Below are positions 27,013 through 36,939 of a stretch of DNA of 64,000 nt, piece by piece. The stretch is from Minisyncoccia bacterium. GTDB lineage: Bacteria; Patescibacteriota; Minisyncoccia; Phycocordibacterales; UBA9973. The translations under genes and the position numbers were made by a program. The first letter of the stretch is position 1; each line of letters starts with the position of its first letter. The notes beneath the pieces are model-generated. The model saw only the letters and a program-made list of their open reading frames with translations. It made no database searches and was not told where the DNA came from. The DNA is taken from assembly GCA_041737125.1 (NCBI GenBank), contig JBGSSJ010000003.1, positions 15,718-79,717 on the forward strand, read 5' to 3'.

Positions 27013-29259
27013 TTATTTTAATACACCATTATCATCTAAATACGTAATCTTCTCCACAGCTAGACATATAGCTTTCATCGCAGGCTTACCCTTGGCTACT
27101 CTTTCGGCTGTGCGTCTCTTCTGTGCTGCGTCTATTATCTTGTTTACTTTATCTTTGATTACATTGAGGCGTGTGATGCTTGTTGTCGTGTCTGCTACTG
27201 CTTGCTTGTATTCATCTTTTGCTTCCTTGATGGCTTCATCGTAAGAGGCTAAGTCTTTCGTAATATTTAATCCCTCCACAGACATTTTTAGATAGTTTGG
27301 ATTGGTTAGTGACTGTGTCTGCATAGGGCTGTCAGGTCCGTATGTTTTACTCACTTCTAATTCGTAAGCATTTACAGTTTTTTGTATATCCTCTAGTTTT
27401 ATTGGAGGGGGAACTAAAGAACCTTCCTCCGCTTTCTTAAGGGCATCAAGCAATTCTTGGGTAACTAGGTTTTCTCCCAATTCATTACCTTGATAGTAGA
27501 GATCGGCAATCATTTCCCTAAGCATTATTTTTTGCTTTTCATTTTCTGCATACAAACTAACTGTACCAGAATATTCATCTATAACATCTGTTGAATTAGT
27601 AAACCAATTTGGATTTGGTCCAGGGATACAATAGTCTAGTTTACCTATAGTGGGGACGACTTTATCGAGCACAACCTGAGCATCTTTTAGGAGCTTGATA
27701 TAGTCATACTGTACTTGTAGTATACCCCTCTTCTCTATCACAAGCTTACCTTTTAATGATGCATCTGTATATTTATTCCCTATATCACTCGTTAGGCTGA
27801 AGTATCCTACATTTGTTGTAAATGCATTTCCGGTATTAGCAGTTAGACTGTTGCCGTCTGCATCAAATATCTGATTAATGCCGAACCCCCCACTTCCGCT
27901 ACCAGAGAAGTCGTTGTCAGCCGAGCGCAAGCCATACAGTCCTTGCGTGGTGAACTTATTTAGAAGAACAGCGAACAGGCTATTTAGAGCATCGTCTATA
28001 GTCTTTACTAGTTCTATCTGGCGCTCAGGTGTATTTAAGTGTGTATCTACCTTTGTCTTTATATTACTACCTGGAGTCACTGTCTTCCATTGGAGGCATT
28101 TTGGTGATCCGTCTGGGTTCTGAGTATCGTCTTCTCCTGCCCACTCTGCACACTCTTTCTGGTCTAAGTAGCCTCCATTACGAGCTATCTCATCCGCAGT
28201 TTGCTGGACTGCTTCATTCCTCTTCCTACCTATGAGCTCTGTTGCCTTGATAGTGAATCCTAGCGGATTATTCTCCGGCTTTTGGGTGAAGGCGAACCAT
28301 CCATCCCAGCCACCTTCGGAGAAGTCTTCAGAGAAGCTCTCGGGTGTAGCCCCTGGCTTTAGGTAGTCAGTTAAATCTTGCCGGAGAGCATTGTTTATAT
28401 TACCTTTATATCTTTGAGCTAGTATTTGTGAACGAGCAAAGTCTCTGCCGTAAGGGTGGTCTATAGATCCTTCCTCACCAAGTTTTGCAAGCTCATTCTG
28501 AAGTATCTCCCCACTGACACTGTCTAGTAATGAAGTTACATTCGTCACATACATAGGGTCACCGTTGAATCCACTATTTACCCAGTTCATAGTCTGCTTT
28601 GTCATAAGGGTGAGCTGCCTCTTCGCTAGAGCTACAGCGATACCGTTGAAGCATTTTTCTTGCTGTTCTTTCAGTTCTTTCTTGTTATCATCCTCTACTT
28701 TTTGTTTTGCATCTCTTTCTAGTTCTGCTAATAATGAATCATCATATACTTCTTTAGGAGCTGCATCGGTTTCGAATTTATCAGCATTATCAATACCTGT
28801 TTGTATACCAGTAGCTATACCAGCTCCAACTCCTTGAGGTATCCATCCCACAGCTATTGCTGCTGTTGATAAGGCACTAGTGATTGTTTTTTTTATTTTT
28901 TCGATTTCGTCATTTATTGCTTTTGTTTTGTTTTTGCTTTTTAGTAGGTTTTTTAATTTATCTTCCAATTTGTTTGTTAAATTATTAAGTTTTTTCTTAA
29001 AAAGATCGTTTACTTGGAGAAGTTTACCTGCAAGCGTATTTGTAATACCCGTACAACTAAGTACAGATGTAAGTAGTTCGGGACTATCTTTTAGAGATTT
29101 CAATGATAATTGATAAGGATTTTTACCGTTCGCACCAGGATTATTGTAATTAAGTAAGTTATTATCAGCCAGAAGTTGCAAAGGCAGAATAACTTGCGAA
29201 GCAAGTATAGCCACTACGAGTATTATAGGAATTATTTTTTGACTTAGTAACTTACTCAT
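27013..29259 (-). CDS. Large exported helical protein of the secretion cluster
   Basis: Signal peptide, coiled coils, GGWDGW, VTPG motifs. Confidence 0.75.
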   Translation of the reverse strand: MSKLLSQKIIPIILVVAILASQVILPLQLLADNNLLNYNNPGANGKNPYQLSLKSLKDSPELLTSVLSCTGITNTLAGKLLQVNDLFKKKLNNLTNKLEDKLKNLLKSKNKTKAINDEIEKIKKTITSALSTAAIAVGWIPQGVGAGIATGIQTGIDNADKFETDAAPKEVYDDSLLAELERDAKQKVEDDNKKELKEQQEKCFNGIAVALAKRQLTLMTKQTMNWVNSGFNGDPMYVTNVTSLLDSVSGEILQNELAKLGEEGSIDHPYGRDFARSQILAQRYKGNINNALRQDLTDYLKPGATPESFSEDFSEGGWDGWFAFTQKPENNPLGFTIKATELIGRKRNEAVQQTADEIARNGGYLDQKECAEWAGEDDTQNPDGSPKCLQWKTVTPGSNIKTKVDTHLNTPERQIELVKTIDDALNSLFAVLLNKFTTQGLYGLRSADNDFSGSGSGGFGINQIFDADGNSLTANTGNAFTTNVGYFSLTSDIGNKYTDASLKGKLVIEKRGILQVQYDYIKLLKDAQVVLDKVVPTIGKLDYCIPGPNPNWFTNSTDVIDEYSGTVSLYAENEKQKIMLREMIADLYYQGNELGENLVTQELLDALKKAEEGSLVPPPIKLEDIQKTVNAYELEVSKTYGPDSPMQTQSLTNPNYLKMSVEGLNITKDLASYDEAIKEAKDEYKQAVADTTTSITRLNVIKDKVNKIIDAAQKRRTAERVAKGKPAMKAICLAVEKITYLDDNGVLK

Positions 29260-29283
29260 ATAATCAATAATAGTATATCACTT

Positions 29284-30180
29284 TTATTCTAATTTGGTTG
29301 ATAATTTATCGATATCAAGAACCAATGCCTGGCTATATCTGTTGTAATTAATAATACCTTTCATGCCCACGATAGGGTTCGAGAATAGCTTGGTCAGGTC
29401 GTATATAGACTGTGCCACCTTTTCATAATTATTGGCCAGACTAACATGTGCATCAACCATATCGAGCGGAACTGATAATTTTATTAAATCTTTACTATAA
29501 TTTCTATAAGAATCAGCAATTTTCGACACGAGAGCGAGTGCGGCCTTATCATTGTTGTTTAGTGCTGTTTCTACGAAGAATAATTCATCCCCAAGATTAC
29601 TTTTTGAATATTTTATATTTAAATTAGTGTAATCGGTAAAATAAGTTATAATTTCAAATCCATCCTCGTCTGCTTCTGCTATTTTTACCATATCTCTACT
29701 GTACACATCTGCTATGGGTTCCGCGACAATCTTCTGCCCTATTGCTTCGTTGACCGCATTTAGAGTCCCTTCATTTAGGTTCCCAGTCTGTTGGAGTGAC
29801 ATAATAACAGCGAAGAATTCTTTCGATAAAGCCTCATTCTCTTTCGAATCAATACCTTCATCTGTGAATAGGGGCACACTAGTATCCTTTTCTAATGCTT
29901 CTCTTTTCGCCAAGATAAATGCTTTATTCTCTGGGCCGTTTAGGTATGGGTCTAGTCCCCAGAGGGATTCCTCCCAGTCTGGAATACCGTTCGTGTTGCT
30001 ATCTTGGAGGACTAAGTCTTTGACTATGAGAGTATCTACTTCTCCTCTCTTGGTAGCTACCTTTTTCTTTATGAAGCGACTGATTTCTGTAATACCAAAA
30101 ACAAGCCCAATGATAATGAGGATAATAAGGACGCGGGCTCTAAATTGTGTACTCGGTAGATACTTCTTATCTATAGTCAT
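29284..30180 (-). CDS. Membrane-anchored protein with a TSP3-like Ca-binding motif
   Basis: TM helix; DSNTNGIPDWEE.LWGLDP. Confidence 0.72.
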   Translation of the reverse strand: MTIDKKYLPSTQFRARVLIILIIIGLVFGITEISRFIKKKVATKRGEVDTLIVKDLVLQDSNTNGIPDWEESLWGLDPYLNGPENKAFILAKREALEKDTSVPLFTDEGIDSKENEALSKEFFAVIMSLQQTGNLNEGTLNAVNEAIGQKIVAEPIADVYSRDMVKIAEADEDGFEIITYFTDYTNLNIKYSKSNLGDELFFVETALNNNDKAALALVSKIADSYRNYSKDLIKLSVPLDMVDAHVSLANNYEKVAQSIYDLTKLFSNPIVGMKGIINYNRYSQALVLDIDKLSTKLE

Positions 30181-30229
30181 AAATTGATTTACGACTTTAT
30201 TATACTATTTATTATTTAAATATACTAGA

Positions 30230-31030
30230 TTATCTATGTAGAAACTCAGTGATGCGGAGCCATGTGGGGAAAGGTAGGTCCTCGGCGCGGGCTTTCGCGT
30301 CTATAGAGAGCTCTTTGAACATGTCCTCTATCATATCCGCGTCCGCTACATCCTCTAAATTCTTCCGTAGGACTTTCCTTTTGTGTGCAAATGAAGCACG
30401 GATCACTTCGAAGAATTTATCTTCAAGCTTTTTGTCGCCCTGGAAATTGCTTTTCGATATATTATTTATAGCTATTATTGCGGAATCCACTTTCGGGCTA
30501 GGGGTGAAGAACCTCTTCCCTACTTTCATTACATACTTAGGATCTCCGTATGCTTTCACTGATAGGGATAAGATGCTTTCTTTATTGTCGCGGGCGACTA
30601 TGCGCATGGCGACTTCTTTCTGCACAAGAAGGACCATGGTTTTCGGTTGAATTGTTTCTGATAAGAATTTGCGAATGATAGAACCTGTTATATTGTAAGG
30701 GATGTTTGCGATTATTTTATACTCCCCCTCTTTCAATCCGTACTCTGCCCCATCGAATTCCAATATATCACCGTAGATTATTTTTAATTTATTACTCTCT
30801 ACTTCATCTTTGAATCTGTCTTTCAGTATATCTAAGAGATCACGATCCTTTTCGATTGCTATCACTGTCGCACCTTGCGCAAGTAGTCTCTCGGTAAGGG
30901 CTCCTTTACCTGGGCCTATCTCTACTATAGTGTCTGTATTTAGCACATTCCCCGAAGAGATCATAGCACGCAAAGCCTCCTCACTCTTGAGGAAATTCTG
31001 ACCTAAGGACTTTTTCGCTTTGTGAATCAT
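30230..31030 (-). CDS. rsmA: 16S rRNA dimethyladenosine transferase
   Basis: KKSLGQNFL, EIGPGKGALT, ANIPYNIT, QKEVA.RI, PKVDS. Confidence 0.97.
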   Translation of the reverse strand: MIHKAKKSLGQNFLKSEEALRAMISSGNVLNTDTIVEIGPGKGALTERLLAQGATVIAIEKDRDLLDILKDRFKDEVESNKLKIIYGDILEFDGAEYGLKEGEYKIIANIPYNITGSIIRKFLSETIQPKTMVLLVQKEVAMRIVARDNKESILSLSVKAYGDPKYVMKVGKRFFTPSPKVDSAIIAINNISKSNFQGDKKLEDKFFEVIRASFAHKRKVLRKNLEDVADADMIEDMFKELSIDAKARAEDLPFPTWLRITEFLHR

Positions 31031-31083
31031 AAATTTATATTAGCATGTATGTTCCATAAAAACATTCTCAGATTTGCTCAAAC

Positions 31084-31179
31084 AAAAATATTCACGAGCG
31101 AACCCTTTCGCAGACTGTCGAGGCGAGAAGAGCAAAAATTGAGCACAATTTTATGCGTGGTGAGCCCGTGAGTATTTTT
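31084..31179 (+). repeat. Structured 96-nt repeat, copy A
   Basis: Terminal IR plus inner hairpin; aligns without gaps to the reverse complement of 31205-31300. Confidence 0.8.
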
Positions 31180-31204
31180 GTGGTGAGCAGCAAAAAGAAA
31201 TAAT

Positions 31205-31300
31205 AAAAACATTCTCAGATTCACCACGAATAATTTTCTGGTGAAAATTTTCTCTGCTCGGGTCGTCGCCCTGCGCAAGGGTTCGCTCACGAATACTTTT
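31205..31300 (-). repeat. Structured 96-nt repeat, copy B
   Basis: About 70/96 identical to copy A by manual alignment, with compensatory changes. Confidence 0.8.
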
Positions 31301-31318
31301 GCTCTGCTCTGTCTGGAT

Positions 31319-31410
31319 AAAAAATAATACTTTTTTATTGAGCAGGTGTGGGCGCGCGCTCCGAGTATTCTCGGAGTAGGGATAAACGAAATAAAAAAGT
31401 ATTATTTTTT
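31319..31410. repeat. 92-nt element with 21-bp perfect terminal IR
   Basis: AAAAAATAATACTTTTTTATT / AATAAAAAAGTATTATTTTTT; inner CTCCGAG-TATT-CTCGGAG. Confidence 0.75.
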
Positions 31411-31421
31411 AGTAAGACATT

Positions 31422-33386
31422 CTAAATGTATACTACTCTCTCCCCTCTACCACTCTCCCCTTGTTCGAATTCTACGAGATGCTCTGGTATGTCATTTATG
31501 AATTCACTTGGGTTATTGATCTGTCTATTACCATATATAGTACGAATAGATGCATAAGATAAATATAATTTATGCTCTGCTCGAGTGAGTGCCACATAGA
31601 ACAGTCTGCGCTCCTCTTCATTATCTTCTTTCCCTCTGTTACCCATGCGTGCATGAGGGAACAGGTCTTGCTCAAGTCCCGCAATGAAAACGTATTTAAA
31701 TTCAAGTCCTTTCGATGCATGGACTGTCATGAGTCTTACCCCACCCTTCTTCTCTTTGGGTTTATTCTCTTCGTGTATGAGTGTGTCTTGGTCAGATGCT
31801 AGGCTTGCATCTTCGAGCAATTTCTCCAATCCCTCGCCTTGTGGCATGGTGTCATACTTCGTAGCCAAAGTTACAAGCTCTTTCATGTTCTCTAGGCGCT
31901 CTATGTCATCTGTTGAGCCTTTTGCTAATTCTTCTTCAAGTCCGCTGTCGCTGATAACATACCGTATAGTTTCAGATGGAGTGTGGGTCTCTGCATAGAC
32001 TTTTATATTATCGAGTAGTCTGTAGAATTTACTAATTTTCACTTGCATGCTTGCAGGCAAGTCACCATATTGATCTGCGAAAAGTTTAAGTAGTGTGACT
32101 TTGCCTATACCACGAGTCGGTGTATTTATAATTCTTTTAATATCTGACAAGCTCTCTCTGTTGAAAGAAGCCCTGATATATGAAAGCAAATCTTTAATTT
32201 CTTTTCTTTCGAAGAACTTCACTCCTAGCACTTGGTAAGGGATATTTTTACCGAGCAATGCTTCCTCTAGTACTCTTGACTGGAAGTTCGCACGGTATAG
32301 TACAGCTATGTCTTCTGTCCTCGTGCCACTATCAATGAGTGCTTCTATGGTTCGTGCGACGAATTCAGCTTCACGGACTTCATCGTAGGCTTCATGAATT
32401 GTTATCATCTCACCTGTTTTGTTCTCAGTGAACAAAGTTTTATCTACTCTGTATTGATTCTTCTTGATTACATTATTGGCAGCTTCGATAATATTTTTCG
32501 TCGATCGATAATTCTGTTCGAGCATTATGATCTTCGTATTCGGATAATCTTTCTCGAAGTGAAGCATATTCTTGATATTAGCTCCGCGCCAACTATATAT
32601 ATTCTGATCAGTGTCACCCACCACGCATATGTTCTCTATGCCATCCGCATTCTGTCCTACGAGCAACTTTACGAGTTCATACTGCACTTCATTCGTGTCC
32701 TGATACTCATCTATATGTATGTACTTCCATTTGGTCTGGTACTTATGTTTCACTTCCGGATACTTCTTCAATATTAAAACAGTCTCGAGCAATAAGTCAT
32801 CGAAGTCGAGAGCTTTCTCCTTTTTCAATGTCCTTTCATAGTCGCGCCAGATGCGTGCGACTATACTTGTCATAGTACTACTAGCATCTTTGCTATAGGT
32901 ATCGACTGTGATGAAGTCACCTTTGGCTTTCGATATTATGCTTTTGATTTTCCTTGGCTCGAATTGCTTGGGATCTATGTCCGCTGCTTTCATAGCGTCT
33001 TTGATAATAACCATCGTGTCATGGTCATCGAGTATGGTGAAGTGCTTCGTCAGGCCGATAAGATGAGCATTCTCTTTGATAATGTACACACCGAGTGAGT
33101 GGAATGTGGATACGAACGGCACACTACCCCAACTCTGGTCTTGTCCACTATTCTCTACATCATGTAGTAAGTTTATAACTCTCTCCCGCATCTCCTTTGC
33201 GGCTTTGTTTGTGAATGTGACAGCAAGTATAGACGACGGATTAACACCTTGGTGTATGAGGTGAATAATGCGGTGGGTTATAGTCTTCGTCTTCCCTGCA
33301 CCAGCGCCAGCTACAATCAAAAGAGGCCCCTCTGTATAAAGTACGGCCTCTTTCTGTTTATCATTTAGTGAATCTAGGTATTTCAT
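31422..33386 (-). CDS. pcrA: ATP-dependent DNA helicase PcrA/UvrD
   Basis: AGAGAGKT, TFTNKAA, DEYQDTN, QNYRST, TVHASKGLEF, EERRLFYVALTRA. Confidence 0.96.
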   Translation of the reverse strand: MKYLDSLNDKQKEAVLYTEGPLLIVAGAGAGKTKTITHRIIHLIHQGVNPSSILAVTFTNKAAKEMRERVINLLHDVENSGQDQSWGSVPFVSTFHSLGVYIIKENAHLIGLTKHFTILDDHDTMVIIKDAMKAADIDPKQFEPRKIKSIISKAKGDFITVDTYSKDASSTMTSIVARIWRDYERTLKKEKALDFDDLLLETVLILKKYPEVKHKYQTKWKYIHIDEYQDTNEVQYELVKLLVGQNADGIENICVVGDTDQNIYSWRGANIKNMLHFEKDYPNTKIIMLEQNYRSTKNIIEAANNVIKKNQYRVDKTLFTENKTGEMITIHEAYDEVREAEFVARTIEALIDSGTRTEDIAVLYRANFQSRVLEEALLGKNIPYQVLGVKFFERKEIKDLLSYIRASFNRESLSDIKRIINTPTRGIGKVTLLKLFADQYGDLPASMQVKISKFYRLLDNIKVYAETHTPSETIRYVISDSGLEEELAKGSTDDIERLENMKELVTLATKYDTMPQGEGLEKLLEDASLASDQDTLIHEENKPKEKKGGVRLMTVHASKGLEFKYVFIAGLEQDLFPHARMGNRGKEDNEEERRLFYVALTRAEHKLYLSYASIRTIYGNRQINNPSEFINDIPEHLVEFEQGESGRGERVVYI

Positions 33387-33432
33387 GAGTTCCTATTATA
33401 TCACTTTTATTATTTTTATTTATTTTTCTATT

Positions 33433-33738
33433 TTAACCTATCTGGCTCATGATATTCTGCGCATCATCTGCGATCTTTTGAGCCTCTTCCTTCACAATAG
33501 TATCAAGCTCAGGCACCTTCTCGGCAAGGTAGCCGAACATTACTTCTGGAGTAGGGTTCGTCTCGAGTAATTTCTCGAATGCTTCACCTTCCTTGTCATC
33601 CATGATATCAAGCACACGAAGCATGACTTCCTGGTAAACTATAGAGCCCAACTTCTCCATAACTTCCTGTTGCTGTTCTACAGGAAGCTTATCTATACCT
33701 AATATTGTAACTACATTTTTATTTATTTCATCAAACAT
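33433..33738 (-). CDS. Small acidic helical protein (DUF5663-like)
   Basis: LGIDKLP.E.Q......LG..VY...; similarity recalled, not searched. Confidence 0.6.
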   Translation of the reverse strand: MFDEINKNVVTILGIDKLPVEQQQEVMEKLGSIVYQEVMLRVLDIMDDKEGEAFEKLLETNPTPEVMFGYLAEKVPELDTIVKEEAQKIADDAQNIMSQIG

Positions 33739-33773
33739 ATTTTTGTCGCCAATGGCGTATTAATTATTAATTT

Positions 33774-36700
33774 CTAACGACGATACCAACCATAACCCCC
33801 TACTGGAACAGTCCACCTATTATTTGCAGCAATTACATCTACACCCCTAAGCGCTCTCCTAACTGTTTCTGGACTGTAGTCATACATAGGATTCTGGTAA
33901 TTACTTTGTCTTACGCTGTAACTTTGTCTTTGCATTCCGCGAGATGTGCGATCACCTTCTCTAAATTCATTACGATCAAGAGCTGTCTCACTTATATCTG
34001 CATCTTTCTTGAGAGCGTAGAGTGTGTTGTCTTCTGTTCTGTGTATATCGCGTGTGATACGAGTTATATACTTCTCTAGTGGTTCATCCCCTATTGGCTT
34101 TGCATTTAGAGGGTCAATCTTCTCGTATAATTTCGACATTCTTACTAGCTCTTCTTCATTCTTGAATGAAAGGTCAGTTATGGCACCGGCAGAGTTTTGT
34201 GTACCTACTACTATGCCTTTATTGATAAGTGTCTGCATTTCTTCTGTAGAAACTTGGGCATTATTCATATCGAAGAAATCTTTCGCAGGAATCTTGTTCA
34301 CAATCTTCCATTCTGGCTGTTCACGATAGTAGTCTAATGCTGTAGCTTCTACTACCTTATCTAGTTCTTTGTCGTACATATTACCTGTTTGTCCATTACC
34401 TAGAAGAGTCTGCATTGTCCTCTCTTTCTCGTATTCGTCATATGAAGCGAAATCTAGCTTCTTCTGTTCGAAAGTATTATCAACTGCATTGTTCCATTTA
34501 TTATTCTCTACTCCATTTGTTTCGACATATGTCGGCTTATCTATAACTACATTGGAGCGACCGAATGTGTCGCGGACTTCTTTCGCATCTTCTAGGTGTC
34601 TTGCATCTGCCTCTATCTTATTCATAGAGACTTCTTTGTTGCCACCTACGTTCTCTATATTATTTTGCCCTGCATTTGCTGCAGCCTCATTTTCTCTAAG
34701 TGTTTCGAGCATTCTCTCGCGTGCTTCTATCTCTGCTTGGGCTACATTGGTCATAGGTATTGGACCTTTTGTGAAGCCATTACCTTGTATTTGAGACTGG
34801 CCACTGTCGCCTGCTCTATATATAGTCTCACCTCCACCAGTGGTATTGAATCCACCACTATTCGGAGATACCATTTCAGTGTTTGTGCCATTACTATTGT
34901 CCCACTTACCTTCAAGGGGAGCTATGTCTTCATTCCTACCTTGAGTTAAGTTTGACTTAAGACCATCATTTTCTCCTGGAGTTATAGCTTGCTCATCTAC
35001 TTGTATATTTTGATTTATCTTTTCCGGAGCATCTCCTCCATTTAGTGGTTGCTCATCTACTTGTATATTTTGATTTATTCTCTCTGGTGCATCTCCTTCT
35101 AGTCCTGTCTGAGAATTACTTGCTTCAAATTCAGAAACTTTCTCTGGTGATACCATTCTACTACCAGATCGATCAGAGTCGAACATCTTACCATCATACT
35201 TACCTGAAGGTGCCTCCGCGTCTCCTTTTGCGAGCTCTATAGGAGTACCACCTTCACTCTGACTGTATGATACATTGCCACTCTCATCTACATTAAATCT
35301 TCCACCGAGCTGTAGCATTGCACTCTCTGCGTCTTTACTAGGATCGAACATGCCGTACTCTATAGCAAGCTTGTCTGCTTTCGTATCTAGGATATGTTGC
35401 ACACTCGCAGGTCTGGTCGCTTCATCAGGATATTCTGCCTCCAACTTTTCTTGAAGTTCTTGTATTGTCTGTATTGCTCCATGACCTTTCGCAACTTCGA
35501 CACTTACTGCTTCTGGTTTCTCTTCATTTTGTTCTTGCTCAGTTTCCTCTTCTTTTTCTTCAACCTTCTCTTCCTCTTCCTCATTTGCCTCTTCTTGTTC
35601 CTCTTCATTATTTTCACTTTCTTCCTTTTCTTCAGCTTCATTGTCTTCCTTCGACTCTTCTTCCTCTACAGTTCCGTTATCATTATTTCCAGCCTCTTCT
35701 ACCTCAGGAGCTGGGCCAACTTCATCAGGACCTAGGCTTCTACCTGGATAATTATTAAAACCAAACAACCTTTTAAAGAATCCAGGTTTACTCTCTGCTT
35801 GATCTGCGACTTCTCCTGCTACTGGAGCAGCTACTTCTGGCTTCTCTATATTGTCTCCACCTAGGTTTATACCTAATTGTCCGGAAGCCAGTAACTCAGT
35901 TCCACCACCAAGTACAGCACTCATAGTTAGACCCACTGCCATTTTGGCGCGAGCTCTATTCCTTAATCTTTTCTTCTCGGCTTCATCGAGCTTCAGCATC
36001 TCCTCATCGTATTTCTTCAGATCGATACTATTGGCAGCGAACTGGTTGCCCAGGACTTCCATTTGAGCTTTCTGGTATTCTGCAAATGCCTCATCTTTCT
36101 TTTTATTTTTAAGATCTATGCCTTGGACAGCAAGAGCAGTTCCTTGACCTATTGTGTAGCTTCTTGCTAAACCTTTTGTAAATTTATAACCTGCATATGC
36201 TCCAGCACCTGCTGCTCCGACAATCCCAAAACTTACGGCACCTATCGTAAAAATACCAGTATTTAGAGCAATTCTTGCGGGCTTCGGTAGTTTTACATAC
36301 CAGTTTAGAGCCTGCTTCCAGTAAGGCTTTACAGGTGAACCCTCTGTCTTTTGTTTAGCTAATTTCCTCTTTTCTTCTACATAGACTTTCCCGAGGACTT
36401 CTGTTGCTTTGTATTTTAGGAAAGCTTCTTGTACTTGTTGGTAAGAAAGACTAGGATCTCTGTCCAACTCTCGCATCTTTTCATGGCAAAGTTTACGTTC
36501 TAGTGCTTGCCTTGCTTGGTCGTAAGATTCCTTAGTATTTTTGTATTCTTGTGAAAAGTAGTCCTCTTCTGCGATTTTCTTTGATATCCCAAGGCTAGCT
36601 TTAACCTTATCAATATTTAATTTCAGTTTATGTTCCTTTTTATTCTTTTTGTATTGCTCTACATATTCTCCGCGAGCGATATGTAATGCGATCTCTTCGC

Positions 36701-36938
36701 CATCCATGCCAAGCTCACGTCTAAGCTCGTCTAGCACATATGGAGATGCGTTCTCTGCGACAGCTTCTTGATACAACTTTATTTTATCTTTCAAAAGCTT
36801 GTCCTTCTCGTCCTCTATAGTCGCCGCATTCTTAATAGCCAGCTTTTTGTCAGCTTCTATTTCCTTCGCAAGCTTTTTCGCATCGGCTGGGGTTGGAGGA
36901 ACTATCGGAGCTATTGGGGGTACATCAACGTTTGTCAT
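33774..36938 (-). CDS. Large acidic protein with coiled coil, Gly-rich hydrophobic segments and Glu-rich linker
   Basis: 1054-aa ORF, no signal peptide. Confidence 0.8.
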   Translation of the reverse strand: MTNVDVPPIAPIVPPTPADAKKLAKEIEADKKLAIKNAATIEDEKDKLLKDKIKLYQEAVAENASPYVLDELRRELGMDGEEIALHIARGEYVEQYKKNKKEHKLKLNIDKVKASLGISKKIAEEDYFSQEYKNTKESYDQARQALERKLCHEKMRELDRDPSLSYQQVQEAFLKYKATEVLGKVYVEEKRKLAKQKTEGSPVKPYWKQALNWYVKLPKPARIALNTGIFTIGAVSFGIVGAAGAGAYAGYKFTKGLARSYTIGQGTALAVQGIDLKNKKKDEAFAEYQKAQMEVLGNQFAANSIDLKKYDEEMLKLDEAEKKRLRNRARAKMAVGLTMSAVLGGGTELLASGQLGINLGGDNIEKPEVAAPVAGEVADQAESKPGFFKRLFGFNNYPGRSLGPDEVGPAPEVEEAGNNDNGTVEEEESKEDNEAEEKEESENNEEEQEEANEEEEEKVEEKEEETEQEQNEEKPEAVSVEVAKGHGAIQTIQELQEKLEAEYPDEATRPASVQHILDTKADKLAIEYGMFDPSKDAESAMLQLGGRFNVDESGNVSYSQSEGGTPIELAKGDAEAPSGKYDGKMFDSDRSGSRMVSPEKVSEFEASNSQTGLEGDAPERINQNIQVDEQPLNGGDAPEKINQNIQVDEQAITPGENDGLKSNLTQGRNEDIAPLEGKWDNSNGTNTEMVSPNSGGFNTTGGGETIYRAGDSGQSQIQGNGFTKGPIPMTNVAQAEIEARERMLETLRENEAAANAGQNNIENVGGNKEVSMNKIEADARHLEDAKEVRDTFGRSNVVIDKPTYVETNGVENNKWNNAVDNTFEQKKLDFASYDEYEKERTMQTLLGNGQTGNMYDKELDKVVEATALDYYREQPEWKIVNKIPAKDFFDMNNAQVSTEEMQTLINKGIVVGTQNSAGAITDLSFKNEEELVRMSKLYEKIDPLNAKPIGDEPLEKYITRITRDIHRTEDNTLYALKKDADISETALDRNEFREGDRTSRGMQRQSYSVRQSNYQNPMYDYSPETVRRALRGVDVIAANNRWTVPVGGYGWYRR
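34989..35097 (-). repeat. 60-bp period tandem duplication inside CDS
   Basis: GDAPERINQNIQVDEQ / GDAPEKINQNIQVDEQ. Confidence 0.9.
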
Positions 36939-36939
36939 A

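Noticed and set aside
31057-31410. CRISPR array
   Set aside because: No regularly spaced identical repeats and no cas genes; the same applies to 62084-62400
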